Shown piece after piece: positions 1-14,261 of a stretch of 64,000 bases of DNA. The notes under the pieces are model-generated. The model saw only the letters and a program-made list of their open reading frames with translations, was not told the DNA's origin and did not search any database. Source of the stretch: Priapulus caudatus (lineage: Eukaryota); the NCBI RefSeq assembly GCF_000485595.1, contig NW_014577074.1, positions 557,110-621,109 of the forward strand. Direction: 5' to 3'. Position 1 is the stretch's first letter. Each line of letters opens with the position of its first letter. The position numbers were made by a program, and so were the translations under genes.

Positions 1-3000
1 GTGTGACAACTGGCAAAGCAACACAATAGCCAAGATACAGTCTAAAATATTGCGTGCACGCAGCTCTAGCTACGATAATGAGTTCTTTTGGGCTGTGTAT
101 TTCAATAAAGTATAAATCAGTGGTAAATTAAGAGCGAACCAGCGGCAGCCTGCGAATAGAATATGCCTTTATTATTAGCTACAAAATTTGAAAATTTAAC
201 AACAAAAGACCTATTTATCCTACGAAATCGAAATACGGCCTCAGGGATGTCGATTAACAACTCCCACGCACAATGTTAGCGTGCCTATATACATAGAGGC
301 AGACATAGCAGCCAACTGATGGCTGCAGATTGCTACCTACATACTGTCAGCGACATCGCAGAGTGAACAAATATTAAATATCCGAATTGGATCGGATATA
401 CTCCGATACCACATTAAACCATCGAAAGAGCTGTAAATAATATATAGACGGTTTCCCAGTTTCGTACTGCCCAGTGTGCTGGTTCACATCACTACAGAGT
501 GCAATCTATTGTTCATTATAGAATAACCACTTATGTGAAATCGGGCCAACTCGACGAAAAGCTCATTCGATGTGCGCATTCGGTTTCAAGAGCCGCAGTT
601 GATTCAAGTTCGAGATCAAATTTGAACACATGATTGTACAATAACAGACATACGGCAACAAGAAATGCTGCAGGAAGCGAAGCAATGAAATGGAAGCAAA
701 CATCCGAAATTGTTACAGTACACAAAATAGTGACGACCACAGCCTGAAATAAAACGATTTAGCTGAAAAATATCTACAAAAACAACAACTAATAAAGGGC
801 AACAGAAGAAGCAGGCTGGCGCAAGCCTGACAGGTGCGCGCTCGTGCAGTTAAAACATCTGCCGTGTATTACGTCAGTGTATCCTGCGCGCCAACGTGCG
901 TAAAATACATTGAAACAGCGATCGGACTTGACTGTTCAGACAAACGCCAACACCACTAAGGGTAGGTGCAAACCTCTTCCTACATCATACCGATAAAATA
1001 CGGCCACGTATGTACGATGTACAATCTGAAAAACGGTTAAATATAATAACAGAAACAAGCAAAAAAGTAAAACGATTGCCTCGTGGAACCTCGAAACAGT
1101 CGCAGCGTACGTGCTTGTTGGTGATTCAAAGCGATATATAATACACGGTTCGGAAAAAAAAACATAATAAAATATAAAATATAACAAATATAATAAAGCA
1201 TTATGGAAGAGAATGCCATATAATAACCCCGAAATATCAAAAAACTATACAGTTATCATGGACTCCATCTATATCATCCATCATGTAAACGCTTAATTAC
1301 ACATCGGCATCGTGGACCACTTAGTATACTAAGTGGTCCACGATACCAGACAACTACTACTAAACAACTACTACTGAACTACTAATTGTGTTAAGTTTCT
1401 TTTGCTGTTGGATGAAAATACGCTACTACATGATATGGATTATATTCCGTAAAGTATAGATAGGCGTATCGTGAATGCATGGTCACACGTATTGATACGT
1501 GTGTCGTCAAGGTTTATATCGTGATATATCGATGAATCGCCCCACTACTAAGGGTCAGCACTTGCTATTTTGACAAAATGCTTGTATGATAATTGGGTGA
1601 CAATACATGCATACAATACAGGCAATACATCCTGTGTACAAGCTGGACAGGAAATGCTTATGTTGTTTGGTCTAAATCATGCATCCAGCAAATACGACTT
1701 TTAAATTGGTTTCCACGTACAACAACAATAAGACAAAACAAGACAAACGCGTGGTAATGAGAACATCTAGGACCATGGAGGTAGCACCATGGATAGACCA
1801 ATAAACTGTGTCCTATAAATTTTAACAATCTGCATGATGCTATTCTTGGTTTCAATAGCCTTCAATCAACAAATGTGGCGATTTTTTATACGCTAACCTT
1901 TTCCCTGCTTCTGACCACGTAACACTGAAATTCGGCACCTAACGGTAAATGTTCAAAACTTCGCCAGAACAGAAATGGTAAACATGTAATGTTCGTTGTC
2001 TCTTGTAGGCCTATACTTGTAACGTGTTCCCACCGATCAAAGAAATCATTGGTCAGCGACAGTGCATCGAAATTTCTGTTCTGACAACAAACATTACAAG
2101 TTTACAATTTCTGTCAATTCACACAAATTCGCCACATTTGTCTATGGAAGTCTCTCTATCTACATCATGAATAATAGCACGTTTGTGCAAACAGTGGAAT
2201 GTAAATATGTAATGAACGCTCAGTGAATGCGCACAACTGCGAGAGCTCTCGTGAAAAATGAGGTGTAAATAAAAATGACATTTTATAAATTATGGCCCAC
2301 GAATGAATGCACAACCAGTAACTACGATCCGTAAATGTAAAACCTTAAAATTTAGAAAACAAAAGATTATAATCCTGGCAGGCTATACAGTCGACGGTAA
2401 GATTCAACACATTTTGGTGGGCAGTCACTTAGTCAGTTTAAGCTCGAACAGAGCAGTGAAATTTTCGGCGATGACCCTAGTGAAAGCTAGGGTCTTGTAA
2501 CAGATAACAATACATTCAGACAAGTTCACGCATATCACACAACCGACCCCGCGGCTTACCTGCAGGTGCACTAGGCAATGCAACACCATTTCATGATTAC
2601 ACGGCCAGGATGCAAAGACCAACACACACTGGCCCGTGCTGAGATGTTGAGTTAGCCTATCTAGCACCTAGACGTATAGCGACTAGCACGATGCACAGAA
2701 CCGATACGCGAAGACTAGTACACTGCCAAGTGCTAAGAAGCAGGGACGAGGCTAGCACAGCGAGCACCACTGATGGGTAAGTATCGGCACACTGCCTAGC
2801 ATTGGCCAGCACGAACAAGTACGCTCGCTGCACAGCACCGGGATGAAGGGATTAGCAGCACACTGTCTATCAACGCCGTCTTCACACTACTTCCAATATC
2901 AGGCACACCAGAGCAAATATGATCGAAGAGAGAACCATGCCAACTGAATCACTGCTCGGGCAGGCATGAATGGAAGCTGTGACGTCAATGGCCCAGCCGG

Positions 3001-5421
3001 TCGATAACTTATAAAACCGCCAATTTCTGCGCGGGCGAGGGCGAGCTTGCCAATAATTCTTACGTAAGTACGAAATCAGACGCTCGTTGATTGAACAGCA
3101 ACAACAACAGCTAACAACTGCAAACGAAGGATGTTAATCACATATAAATAAATGCAAGAGAACGTTCATCAAAGTAGGACGACTAGAATTGTGTTACCAG
3201 ATATGTGTCACTTCCCACTCAATATCGCCACCGCCCGATTGCCTCGTTCGACGTTAATGTTTTCAGTGAGAATATGACATCATGACTGCGTCTTCAACGT
3301 ATAGACGGGCATATATCAAAGTATGATACTTCAAAGCGACTGTGCTGCGATAGAATAATGAATAACTGAAGCCGAACAAACCGAAAAACGAAAAACGAAT
3401 AACTGAACCGAACAACATTATATTAACTTGAATTTTTGATGCATTAGTCCGTGTGTTGCCAGGCTGAAGGAGAAATAATTATAGAAAGGCTTCGATGCAT
3501 GAGCACACCTTACCCCTCTCCTAGAATGTAGTGCGCTAAATGTAAGCGCTGTCACTCACATCGATCGCTCTCAGATGCCGACTATTCATGGATCTCTTTA
3601 TTACAATTGCATGCCAGCAGCAAATTACTGACCTCGAAATTTAGAAATCAGATGAGTCATTTGGATGGCGGAATGCAATAACGTGACGAAACACGCTGCA
3701 TTTCTTTGCAGGTCAGAATGCGATTTCTAACGACAGCCATCAACACTTAACGTGTCGCAAAATCATTCCTATAGTGGACCGATGATGCCGGAACACGTGA
3801 AATAAAAATATGCTCTCAAGATTTTTTTATATTAAAAGGAAATTGGCAACTGTTACATAAACACATGATATTGATGAGCGATAGTTTGATAATTTTTTAC
3901 AGAAATCACAGCTTAAGCATCTCAAGGGTCTAAATTGTATTGAAAACTATACGTAAATAAATTTATTCACAATTAAAGCAGTGAACAGCACATTTGACAA
4001 AAACGCGACAAAACGAAAAGTAACCACTGATTATTATTTATTATTTTTAGGCTCCAAATATTTTTAGTATTGTGGTAGATCCATATGCCCTCAAATATAA
4101 CAATTACTGCTCTCCACTTCAGTCTGACCAATTTTTACATATTTTATTATGACTCCAAATCCTAACTTATATAATCACGACAAAATGGACATCAAATTAC
4201 AATTACAAGCAGCAACTTGTAATAGTCAGACATCCTTTAAGATTACAGGCAGAATTTCCCGCGTGCTGCAAAATAAATAATGTGTTGACAGCTGCATGGC
4301 CGGCCGGCCAGCTGGGTGACAAAGGATATTCAAGGTATTATTGGATGCCAATTTCCTACAGGCTCCAAAATTATAAATTTCATTTTGAATTGATACATTC
4401 ACACCACAATTCATTCTGCTATAATTTTCAAGAACTATTTTGTTGTCCTACATTTGTTGAACAAAAAATTGTCCTACTCGCGCAAGTAGTGTTTCTCTAA
4501 TAGGCAGTACGTATGTTCAAACATTTCAAGTTTTTACAAGGTTATTTATCAATAATTATTTAATGTCGGCTTGAAAGTGTTCAGCATAAATGTCTCAACA
4601 GCACGTTAAAACTTTCATAAACTTTCAGCAAGAGTACAGCTAAACACACTGGTCACTCCCCCTCCAAGTGTAGCAAAATTCGGCCATGCATACATTTACA
4701 CCTCACCGATAGCGCTAACAACTTTACAGTAGAGGATTATTTACACGATGCGTCCTAGACGTACACCGTGTATGACAATGCAAACGCAATGTCGAAAGAA
4801 ATTAGAACATCCGTCCTGTGCATCCGATATCGCAAGGGTCATACATTTGCATTGTCATACACGGTGCGTTTTGGACGTACGTCTAAGGACGCATCCACCA
4901 CGCACATTCTCAACTTCAAATAGAAGCCATTTTATCCATCGTTTTACCACAAATCCATAATGACTTATTTTAGGGAAATCCAGCTAAATTTACATTGATT
5001 ATTTACGCTAGAATGTTTTCGAGCTATATCCATGCGTGACTGCCCTTAAACGTTGAAATGTACTTAAGTAACAGCAAGTCGCACTGTCCTCTCTGCTCTC
5101 AGTTAAATATCTTGCCTGTATTGACCGTGTCGGCTTTGCTAAGCTTCCCGCGGCTCACGCAAGCCTGCGCAGCTTCTATCACACGCCGAGCACGGAAACA
5201 TTGAGATGACGTCTGCCGTCACCAGGGCAACTGCATTCTCGTTAGCTGGAATGGTTTTTTGTGTGTGTAAACAGCTCGTACAACCGAGCCTCCACAGAAA
5301 CCACCGGATGTTCCAACCAACCAACCAATGCTCATTTGAGTGGTGGATAAACTGCATATGGAACATGGAACCTATATGGAACCCGTTCGCAACTATATAT
5401 TCTCCTATAGAATAGCAGTCA

Positions 5422-5442
5422 ACACACACACACACACACACA

Positions 5443-5530
<88 letters not shown>

Positions 5531-5537
5531 CACACAC
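5422..5537. repeat. (CA)n/(CACG)n compound microsatellite
   Basis: Directly visible. Confidence 0.95.
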
Positions 5538-5969
5538 TATATATATATCCCGATATAGCTTATATTGACAAGAATTACATATAGCTCTTTTATATTAAAG
5601 ATAATAAATTAGATAGTCTACTCATATTAAATGTATGAAGCAGTTGCATATATCCGATTCTTTGCGTGTGGGTGTTTACTTACGCATGCGTCTTGGCATT
5701 TCTCTGAGCGTGTGGCAGCATGCGTGGGCGTGTGTGTGCCTCGGCTCCTATATGTATGTGCACGGGGGATTTAATGTGCGTGGCTATGCTCCCACTAGTA
5801 ATTACATCGCAGGCCGTTGCAAGCCGGCCATCTATGTTGCATCACATATCACAGCAATCCACCGTCCTAACTTATCCGCGGTGCTTGGACAGTATTAAAC
5901 CACCGCGTCGTGCAGAATATTAAAGTAACCTCACGCCGACGCTTTTGAGAAACGAGCATGTTTTTCTAA

Positions 5970-6067
5970 AGCCCGCCGCACACGCTGTGGAACTTGCTGC
6001 GCCATCGTCCACACGTGGCCACACGTGGACGATGGCGCAGCAAGTTCCACAGCGTGTGCGGCGGGCT
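5970..6067. mobile_element. Palindromic PIF/Harbinger (Tourist-like) MITE
   Basis: TAA|agcccgccgcacacgctgtgg ... ccacagcgtgtgcggcgggct|TAA, a near-perfect hairpin. Confidence 0.78.
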
Positions 6068-6104
6068 TAAGATCAGGGGGTAGAAAGCAGTGTTTGTTTG
6101 ACTG

Positions 6105-6425
<321 letters not shown>

Positions 6426-6855
6426 GTATGCACAGATCTTAGGTCTTACCAGCAGCAATTATTCGCACATAAGTGGTTTGTTTGTTTGCGTGGCATTGAG
6501 TTAATAGAGTTAATGCGCGCTGTCATACTGACATCTGTCTCCGTGCACCTACACGGTGTATTGCCCGTCCGCAACGGCCGTCGCTTACATAGAATTACGG
6601 TTACGCTTATCCCAGCTTAACCTAGTGCAGTTGCGTCAGTGAAGGACTAGTAAAATACGCTACATTTTTGCAAATTTTCCAGGGCTCGGTAAAGGCTTAG
6701 CATGACTTAGCCGCTGCCTTGCGCAGTTTCTACACAACAATAACTCGGTGTTCACGATTCGGTTCTTTTCGCAATATTATTTACAGTGTGAGCAAATTAA
6801 CTGTTAAGTAAGTTATAAATATGCAATAAAAATATATAAAACTGAGATGGATTAA

Positions 6856-7614
6856 GGATACATTCAGGGTTGGTAGGTGATTTTCCGTCGAAAATTCAAT
6901 ACCCATTTTATTTGATAGATGGCGCCCATGGGCAGCTATGTATACATAGATATTATCAGGAGTGAATAATAATAGATTAACTATAATAATTAACTAATTA
7001 ACTATTATTATTCACTCCTGATATTATGTATGTAGCCTCCCAAACAGTTGAAAATCCCCACATACGCCTATTCTAAACACAGCCGTTCAATCACTGTGAA
7101 ATGTAGAAAAGTGCCAATATCTCCGTTGTTAGAAAGGCTGAAGTTGCTGATTTTTCAAAAGCTATTTCTCGAAACTCACAATCCCGATTCAAATAATTTT
7201 TGTTCCGATTTAATGCTAACATATTTAAGGAAAAAACATGCTCTGGAATTTTTATGAAATATTATATTTTAGAAATTATGGCTCTTTAGTTACAAAATTG
7301 TTGTGTTTTGAAAATCATTACAAATTTCTGTGCATCTTTTCAACTTATTTCCTAAATTAAAGCATTAAAAAAAATTCCAGGCACTGTTTTGTAGTTCATA
7401 CTATGAACAACTTATGGCTAAAAGTTTAGGTCCCAACTTCTTTTTACAATTTTTACCGTCACGTAATTAGCGATGAAATTTTTTTGATTATTTTCATCGA
7501 GAGCGTAGAGAGACATCTCTTTTATGAAATAGATATGAGTTTGATTGAATTTGATGAGCAGTTATGTTGCAATGCCCTTTACAGAGGTACCTGTCCATAA
7601 CCCTGACTGTATCC
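6856..7614. mobile_element. Kolobok-like non-autonomous DNA transposon
   Basis: TTAA|ggatacattcagggtt ... aaccctgactgtatcc|TTAA: TIRs with GG..CC ends and a TTAA TSD. Confidence 0.78.
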
Positions 7615-9086
7615 TTAAGACAAATATTCACTCTGCAGTTTTTACTTCCTGAACCAAGTCAGATCCGCTAACTAATCATCGAGCTAAAAGCACACATTGC
7701 TGCGTGACTCAACTTTCATAATTAATGCGAAGCCATTTAAAAACCTTAATAATTTTAACGTGTTTTTTTAATTTGACCCAAGCAGATCAAACGAAATAAT
7801 TATTTTAACACAATTAAGTGTTCTGCATTAAGTAGACTTCAACATATTTAGCATGATGCGTTAGCTTTCACACATTATATGCATAACCATGATATTACCA
7901 TAGTCCTGATTTGACTTCCCCGCAGTGTGCTACCGGAACAACATGTAATTAACACCCACATCACGAGACAAGTATAAGACATTAACAAGCTGGCATCACG
8001 TGCATATGCCACCATAATAAACGATTCCCAGAACACACCATCAACTCGTACCGTGTTGCGCTAGTTACCCACTCAAACCTGTGTTATAATATGATAGGTC
8101 ACGTATTATCTCATTAAAGCGCACCTGAATTAGCGAGAAGACGATATCCAGCGGCAGATACTACCTGCTCAGATTACTAGCCGCATAGGGGTTTTGATGT
8201 TCGCCACAAGCAGCGTTCTTCCTGCCCCCGCGCAAACACATCAAAGGCCCGCGTACGGTGCAGGTGGAGGATCATTATAACTCTCGTTATTGCACAGCCC
8301 TCACAACAACGAGAGAAGGTCAATCACTCCGCATGCACCCCCCCCCCTCGTCTAACGATAGCCCACTAACAAGCCACTAGTACGTCGTCCATCTAAACAA
8401 CTCTCCAAATGTTGCGTCTCTCTCAGTGTTCGCGTAAATTAATTTTATTAGCTCGAGGTGGTCGTGGGAATAATTGTAATACACACATGGTCTTGCACTA
8501 CGTGACCATTTCCTGAAGCTACAATTCCACGTGCCCCTCTATCCATTTCTGTGCCCAAATTTGTATCACCACCGATATTGATGATACTGTTTATTTTACA
8601 TACATGAGATATATTTTTTACACATGTTTTTTTTTTTAGATATAGGTAACATTTAACATCTTATAATGATTCACACATGTCAATTACTCCACCGACCCCA
8701 CGTTCCCTTTTCACGTTTTAGAGTTGAGGCAGGAGGTCCATTTTTATGCTGATTACAAACATCCAACAAATGGCCTTTCTAAACTCCTTGTTGTCCTTCT
8801 AACTGCTTCAAGAAAATGCTAAACAAGCTTAACTCATAACAGATTTCCTCGTAACAGATGCTATCCTATCCTAACTCGATGGCCAAGCAGTATTACTCCG
8901 CAAAACGGCATTTATATTGAATCAGTGAAGACTAGTCATTCTTCATCGAGTATTTCTTGGTATAACAAACGTTTTCATCATAACTTGCTGACCACCATCT
9001 TGACAATGCACCCCCCCAATTAACACTATCCAATAGATGGTGATGAATGGTAGATAATGTGTAATGGGGGGGGGTTGAATACTTAC

Positions 9087-9166
9087 TTGCAGCTTCTCCA
9101 ATCTGAGTAGCATTCAGATGCCTACGGTTGTCCTTCACCATGAATGTCACCTCTGTGCCCGCCGTC
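9087..9166 (-). CDS. PTPRN: IA-2/PTPRN-family exon (Receptor IA-2/SEA-like domain), last exon identified
   Basis: Acceptor gtgtttttag| and donor |gtaagt; 80 nt, phase 2 to 1. Encodes TAGTEVTFMVKDNRRHLNATQIGEAA, resembling VVGPALTFRIRHNEQNLSLADVTQQA. Confidence 0.88.
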
Positions 9167-9438
9167 CTAAAAACACAATTTCAGAACAGTGTAGATATTG
9201 GACTTATAACAGGTATGAATATCTAGCTATCTATCTACCCTGATCTGCCTGCCTACTGGCCTGCCTGCTTACCCGCTTGCTTGCCTCACACACACGTGCA
9301 CACCCACGCACGCACAAGCATACGCGTGCACACACGCACGCACAAGCATACGCGTGCACACACGCACGCACACACACATGCACACGCACATACAAACACA
9401 CACACATACAAAGCACCATGGCAAATACTGCCAGTAGG

Positions 9439-9736
9439 GCTGATAGGGTCTATGTCCCCCAGGGTACTGCCGGAACGTACCCTAGGTACGGTCCGGTATA
9501 CCGGAACGTGCCCTGGTACTAAATACTACTATCTAATATGCCGGAGCGTACCTCGCCTACTCCACTAACGAGTCTAGAGAGTCGCCTATGCCTACTCCCT
9601 AACTCTAACTCTGACTCTAACCCTAACCCTAACCATATCACTATCAGCTAGATAGTTACCAGGGTACGTTCCGGTATACCGGACCGTACCCAGGGTACGT
9701 TCCGGCAGTACCCTGGGGGACATAGTCCCTATGAGC
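9439..9736. mobile_element. MITE with about 75-bp TIRs, 9-bp TSD and internal (TAACCC)n (MULE-like)
   Basis: TIR gctgatagggtctatgtcccccagggtactgccggaacgtaccc...; flanks gccagtagg and gccagtggg. Confidence 0.8.
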
Positions 9737-10466
9737 GCCAGTGGGCATGTTTAACAATGACATCTACTATACCATAGACGTTGATACAAAAAATGATTGT
9801 GTTATACAAGAAATATAAAAGTTAGGTGCTGTTCTCAAATATGTTATAATCTTACTAATTAAAAGCTAAAATATTAACTAGAGTACCTTAATTACAACAG
9901 TACAAATAATTGGCTCTATATCTTGCTGTCAATAAAGGTTGTTCAATTATTTTCAATTTTGACATTGAAGTGGCCCCGTGTATAAATGAATTATTTTGCA
10001 ATAAGTAACCAGTTTATTTGAACAGAATCGTAGCAGACGTTGCATGAGGAAAAAGTTTCATTCATGCAAGTTTTAGACGAAGCCGTAAATGAAGTATCAA
10101 TGTTAAAAAATAAAATGCACAGGTTTCTGTATATAAAAATACAATGATAAAGTTCAAACCTAAACAACTTATTCTACTTGTAATAACCATGCAATGCTAA
10201 ATAACATGGTAAATTTTCAGTTGACCACTAACCGTCACCATAGCAGCTGGTAATGTGCTGCCACCTTGTGGCAAAATCATCTCAGCAATAATCGAACAAT
10301 GTAATCGGACACAGAAAGGAAACTCGCACACAGCAAGCACATCCACAGCCACCCAGGCACATGGCCTCCCAGACCGACGCACGCACGCACGCACGCACCC
10401 ACGCACGCACGCACAGACGCAAAACATGTACCAAACAACCAACAGCAAGGCACGTGTTGTTGTTAC

Positions 10467-10550
10467 CTAATGTCAGTGAACGTGTCCGGTGACAATCCTA
10501 AGAGGCTTGCCAGCTTATCAAGCATCTCACGTGCAGTCTCTTTATCCAAT
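10467..10550 (-). CDS. PTPRN: IA-2/PTPRN-family exon (Receptor IA-2/SEA-like domain)
   Basis: Acceptor ctattttag| and donor |gtaaca; 84 nt, phase 2 to 2. Encodes LDKETAREMLDKLASLLGLSPDTFTDIR, resembling LSLAAGVKLLEILAEHVHMSSGSFINIS. Confidence 0.87.
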
Positions 10551-10601
10551 CTAAAATAGGTATAAAGGTAATATATATATATATATATATATATATGTAT
10601 A

Positions 10602-10883
10602 CAGGCCCGTAGCCAGCTTTATATTGGGGTGGGGTTCGTTTTTAAATGATGGCAATTTATGAGGGCGCGAAGCGACCGACCAGGGGGAGGGTGTGGGAGG
10701 GGGGTGTCCGCCCTCCCACACGATGAAGATTTTGCAATTATTACACTAAAATGGAGCAATCTGGTGCATACCTGAGGTGAAATTCTTGCAAATTTTCAAA
10801 TGGAATTTCCAAACAAATTTTTTTTTTGCTCGGGGGGGGGGGGTTCGTGCGAACCTCCCGAACCCCCCCTGGCTACAGGCCTG
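10602..10883. mobile_element. MITE with short TIRs and 6-bp TSD
   Basis: TGTATA|caggcccgtagccag ... ctggctacaggcctg|TGTATA. Confidence 0.75.
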
Positions 10884-11150
10884 TGTATAGGTATAAAGTA
10901 TTTACTACACCTGAGTGGCATTCTACCACGCTATGTCACGACAGATACACGGCCAGACCATCACCATTCTAGTCTGCACTTTGAGAGAACACTTTAAATC
11001 GACCACATCAAGACTGCAGAAACGACAATTGGCAACATGGACAAATATAGAACACATTACATGCACGATCGATTTCCCACCCATCCCCCCCCCGAAAATA
11101 TGAACGTTATTGCACTTTTATTCCGTTCAAAAACGCGGGTCCATGATTAC

Positions 11151-11289
11151 TTCTGCTTGGAGCGTATGTAGGCATATCTGGTGTCAACGACATCAATGTC
11201 ACCATCGCCATCCATGTCACCAGCCTGCTCGCCACCCACAGACTTCGTCTCCACCGCGATGGCCTTGTCATCTCCTTCAGCATGGGAAC
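11151..11289 (-). CDS. PTPRN: IA-2/PTPRN-family exon (start of Receptor IA-2/SEA-like domain)
   Basis: Acceptor ttccaccag| and donor |gtaatc; 139 nt, phase 1 to 2. Encodes SSHAEGDDKAIAVETKSVGGEQAGDMDGDGDIDVVDTRYAYIRSKQK; YAYIRSKQK resembles IA-2 YGYIVTDQK. Confidence 0.87.
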
Positions 11290-12014
11290 CTGGTGGAAGA
11301 CGACAGAAGCAGAGTGAGAAGACGAAATAAAAGAGCTGCAGGGAAATCTCATTAGAATTTATCTATGCACTCGCATTGGCATTAACATTTCATGTGAAAA
11401 TTTATATAAAAAAAAGACGATGACACTGGACGATGCACTGAAGGCGATAACTGAATTACTGATCGTTTGAGTAGAAATTACCTATTTAGTATAATTAATG
11501 CATTAATTATCTTCATTAGGCAACATAATCAAGTTTAACCAGTCGTGATGATTGCTTCAATATTAGTTGATAATATGCAGGTTTTAATAAACTGATCAGC
11601 ACATTGCCTGTAGTAAATTTCATCAGTTTGATATTACATCAAAATTTAATAACTATGCTTCCCTGCAGCAATTGTGTAACCAATTTATGAAACAGAAGAT
11701 GATTTGCAATAATTCTAATGAAATTAACTTGCGAAAAATTCACAACTCATAGTCTTATACCCTACCACATGACTGTAAAATCCGGTTACTTGCTAGGGGC
11801 TGTAAATATCTCATTTTCTAACACTAAAATTCTTTCGCATTAAAAGAAGCCACTGAAGGCATAACCAGTAGTCTAAATTAAGACCAGGGGGAAAGAAGTT
11901 CACAAACAAACACGGTCTGCAGTCAGTGTAATGGGAAAACAGTTACTTGGGTTTAAAAGGGAAATTTTCGTTATTGCCTTTTTCCCAAACACATCTCTTA
12001 TGCCCTAAGTTGTG

Positions 12015-12016
<2 letters not shown>

Positions 12017-12092
<76 letters not shown>
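12017..12092. repeat. (TA)n microsatellite
   Basis: Directly visible. Confidence 0.95.
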
Positions 12093-12097
<5 letters not shown>

Positions 12098-13925
12098 GAA
12101 TGTGTATGTCATAGAGGATATGTGATCATGATAGCCAACAAAAACCGTACAATAAAATTGATTAGCGACAAAACAAAATTTGCATAGAAGTTCAAGTCAA
12201 ACTTCAGGTGAATGTTTAGAACAAGTAACAATAATTTTTTATTTCAATTCTATTAAAGCAACTCTAATATTATTAACACCTCACATCTCTTGCGGCCCGA
12301 TATAATCTTTACAACCAATTCTTTCACTACTTCACCATAGTATACCTTGACAAATTTTACCTTAGCAGAAAGCATGGGTGTGCCAAGACAACCAGACTGC
12401 CCAAGCTCCTCAAGTCACGATTCATGAAAATAACTGCTTTCTGATACCCTTTCCTCCCATTTGGAATTGCCAAGTTATAAAATAACTCTATTAAATAAAT
12501 GGACTGCCTGCCTAATGATTAGCATCAGTCAATATTTATTAACTGGCTAGAAACTAGTGATTAAACAGAGAGTGCATAAGTGCATCTGCTGCCCCACTGG
12601 TAACATATCATTAGGAGTGTCATATTATAGCGTCTATATTATGACACTTATGATATCATGCATATCCAGATCATAATCAAGATCTAGGTTACCTATACCA
12701 TAGCCTATACACGACTGGCGCTGCAAGTTTAAACTCTGTGGAAACGATGCACATGCAAAACTACCTGCATGCAATAACGTTCAAACTCGAATGCAAATAA
12801 AGCAAGAATGATTGATGTATGAAACGCGAACTCCAACGTTCAAGCATATCAGACGATTGTGGTATCGATAAAAAAGAAGAACGTCACTGCACACTCGGCA
12901 CGAGTACCGTCTTGATGCCTAAGCTACGGCCAAATTAGCATACATCTTACATCACTAGTAAAAAGCTGATTAAATTGACTACGTCACGAATTTTCTATGG
13001 TAAAATTTGTAAAATTTTTGTTGCCATTTTTTTACATTAAAAGTAAGAACTAACGGGACTAAACGTATCCTCAAATTCTTACCTGATAGGATTGTTTCTC
13101 AACTAGTTAAAAATCCAAAAAACCTGGACGATTTGATATTGTGTTCCTAACATAAATTGCTTGCTATGGGCTATGTATGAGTGACGAGTGCATGTTCACA
13201 TCGAACAATATAGTAAAATTAGAAGTATAATGCAGCAATTTAACCATAAATAGTCAACAGAACTACTTATATTTTGTGAAAAGGTGAAAATATTTTTTAT
13301 ATTTTCACTATTTACGGGAACGTAATCACTTTAAGTCAATGAAAAGTATACGAGCTTGCTTGATCTGATCTGATTATAGTCCAGTGCTACGAGCCAATTA
13401 TCACACGACAGGTGTGACATCAAAGACGGATATCGGAGGTAACAGGTGCGAGTAGCAGAAAGCAAATTCGCCTTGTCTAAGTGCCAGCATACCTATATGC
13501 AATTATTACACTGACCCACATATACGAAACGGTGTGCGCTATCGTACACATCGACAAATTAAACTCGTTAACGTATCAGATACCGACCGGCAGCTCATTG
13601 CTAGTGAAGGCAAATGGAATCACCACCCGCATGTAATCATCAGCAGGTATTGAGGACACCTCGATACACGTAACCTTTTGCGTAACTGCAGGTTTCACTT
13701 GATTACGACCCACTACCCCGGTCGACAGACGCCCCAGGCACGCACGATTCCATCCGCCTCTGATCGTAAGCGCTCAGAGTTCTACCGAGTCCTAAATGCC
13801 CACCCCCCCCCCTTCCCGCGGCGAAGCACGATTAGAGCGGCGACTGTCGTAAAACTCGAAAACTTGGTTAAGATGACGATGTGAGCGGGGGAGGAGCGGC
13901 TTGAGAGCCACGCTCTCGCACTTAC

Positions 13926-14045
13926 TGTGCTCTGCCCGCGGGACTTCAGATTTGCCAAGCAATGGGTTTCCGTACTGCACGGTCTCGGGCATTCCCTGCA
14001 GGAGCACGCCCTTCTCCCTGCTGAACGATTCATCACTGCCAACGG
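13926..14045 (-). CDS. PTPRN: IA-2/PTPRN-family exon
   Basis: Acceptor tgcccgcag| downstream of a (CT)n tract on the minus strand, donor |gtaagt; 120 nt, phase 1 to 1. Encodes AVGSDESFSREKGVLLQGMPETVQYGNPLLGKSEVPRAEH. Confidence 0.8.
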
Positions 14046-14112
14046 CTGCGGGCACAGACAAAGAAACACCTCTGAGGGAAGTGATCCTCCCGAGAGTACG
14101 GAAAGTGAGTGG

Positions 14113-14261
<149 letters not shown>

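Noticed and set aside
531..740. Hydrophobic minus-strand ORF as a possible IA-2 transmembrane exon
   Set aside because: No convincing splice sites and no YQ(D/E)LCR-like juxtamembrane motif; the intervening exon that ends the SEA-like domain was also not found.
9595..9635. Telomere or chromosome-fusion site
   Set aside because: Only a few degenerate units, internal to a two-copy MITE.
11107..11352. ORF-track frame MRFPCSS... and the idea that the gene ends at 11147
   Set aside because: The exon uses a different frame, and in-phase IA-2 domain exons follow at 10467-10550 and 9087-9166.
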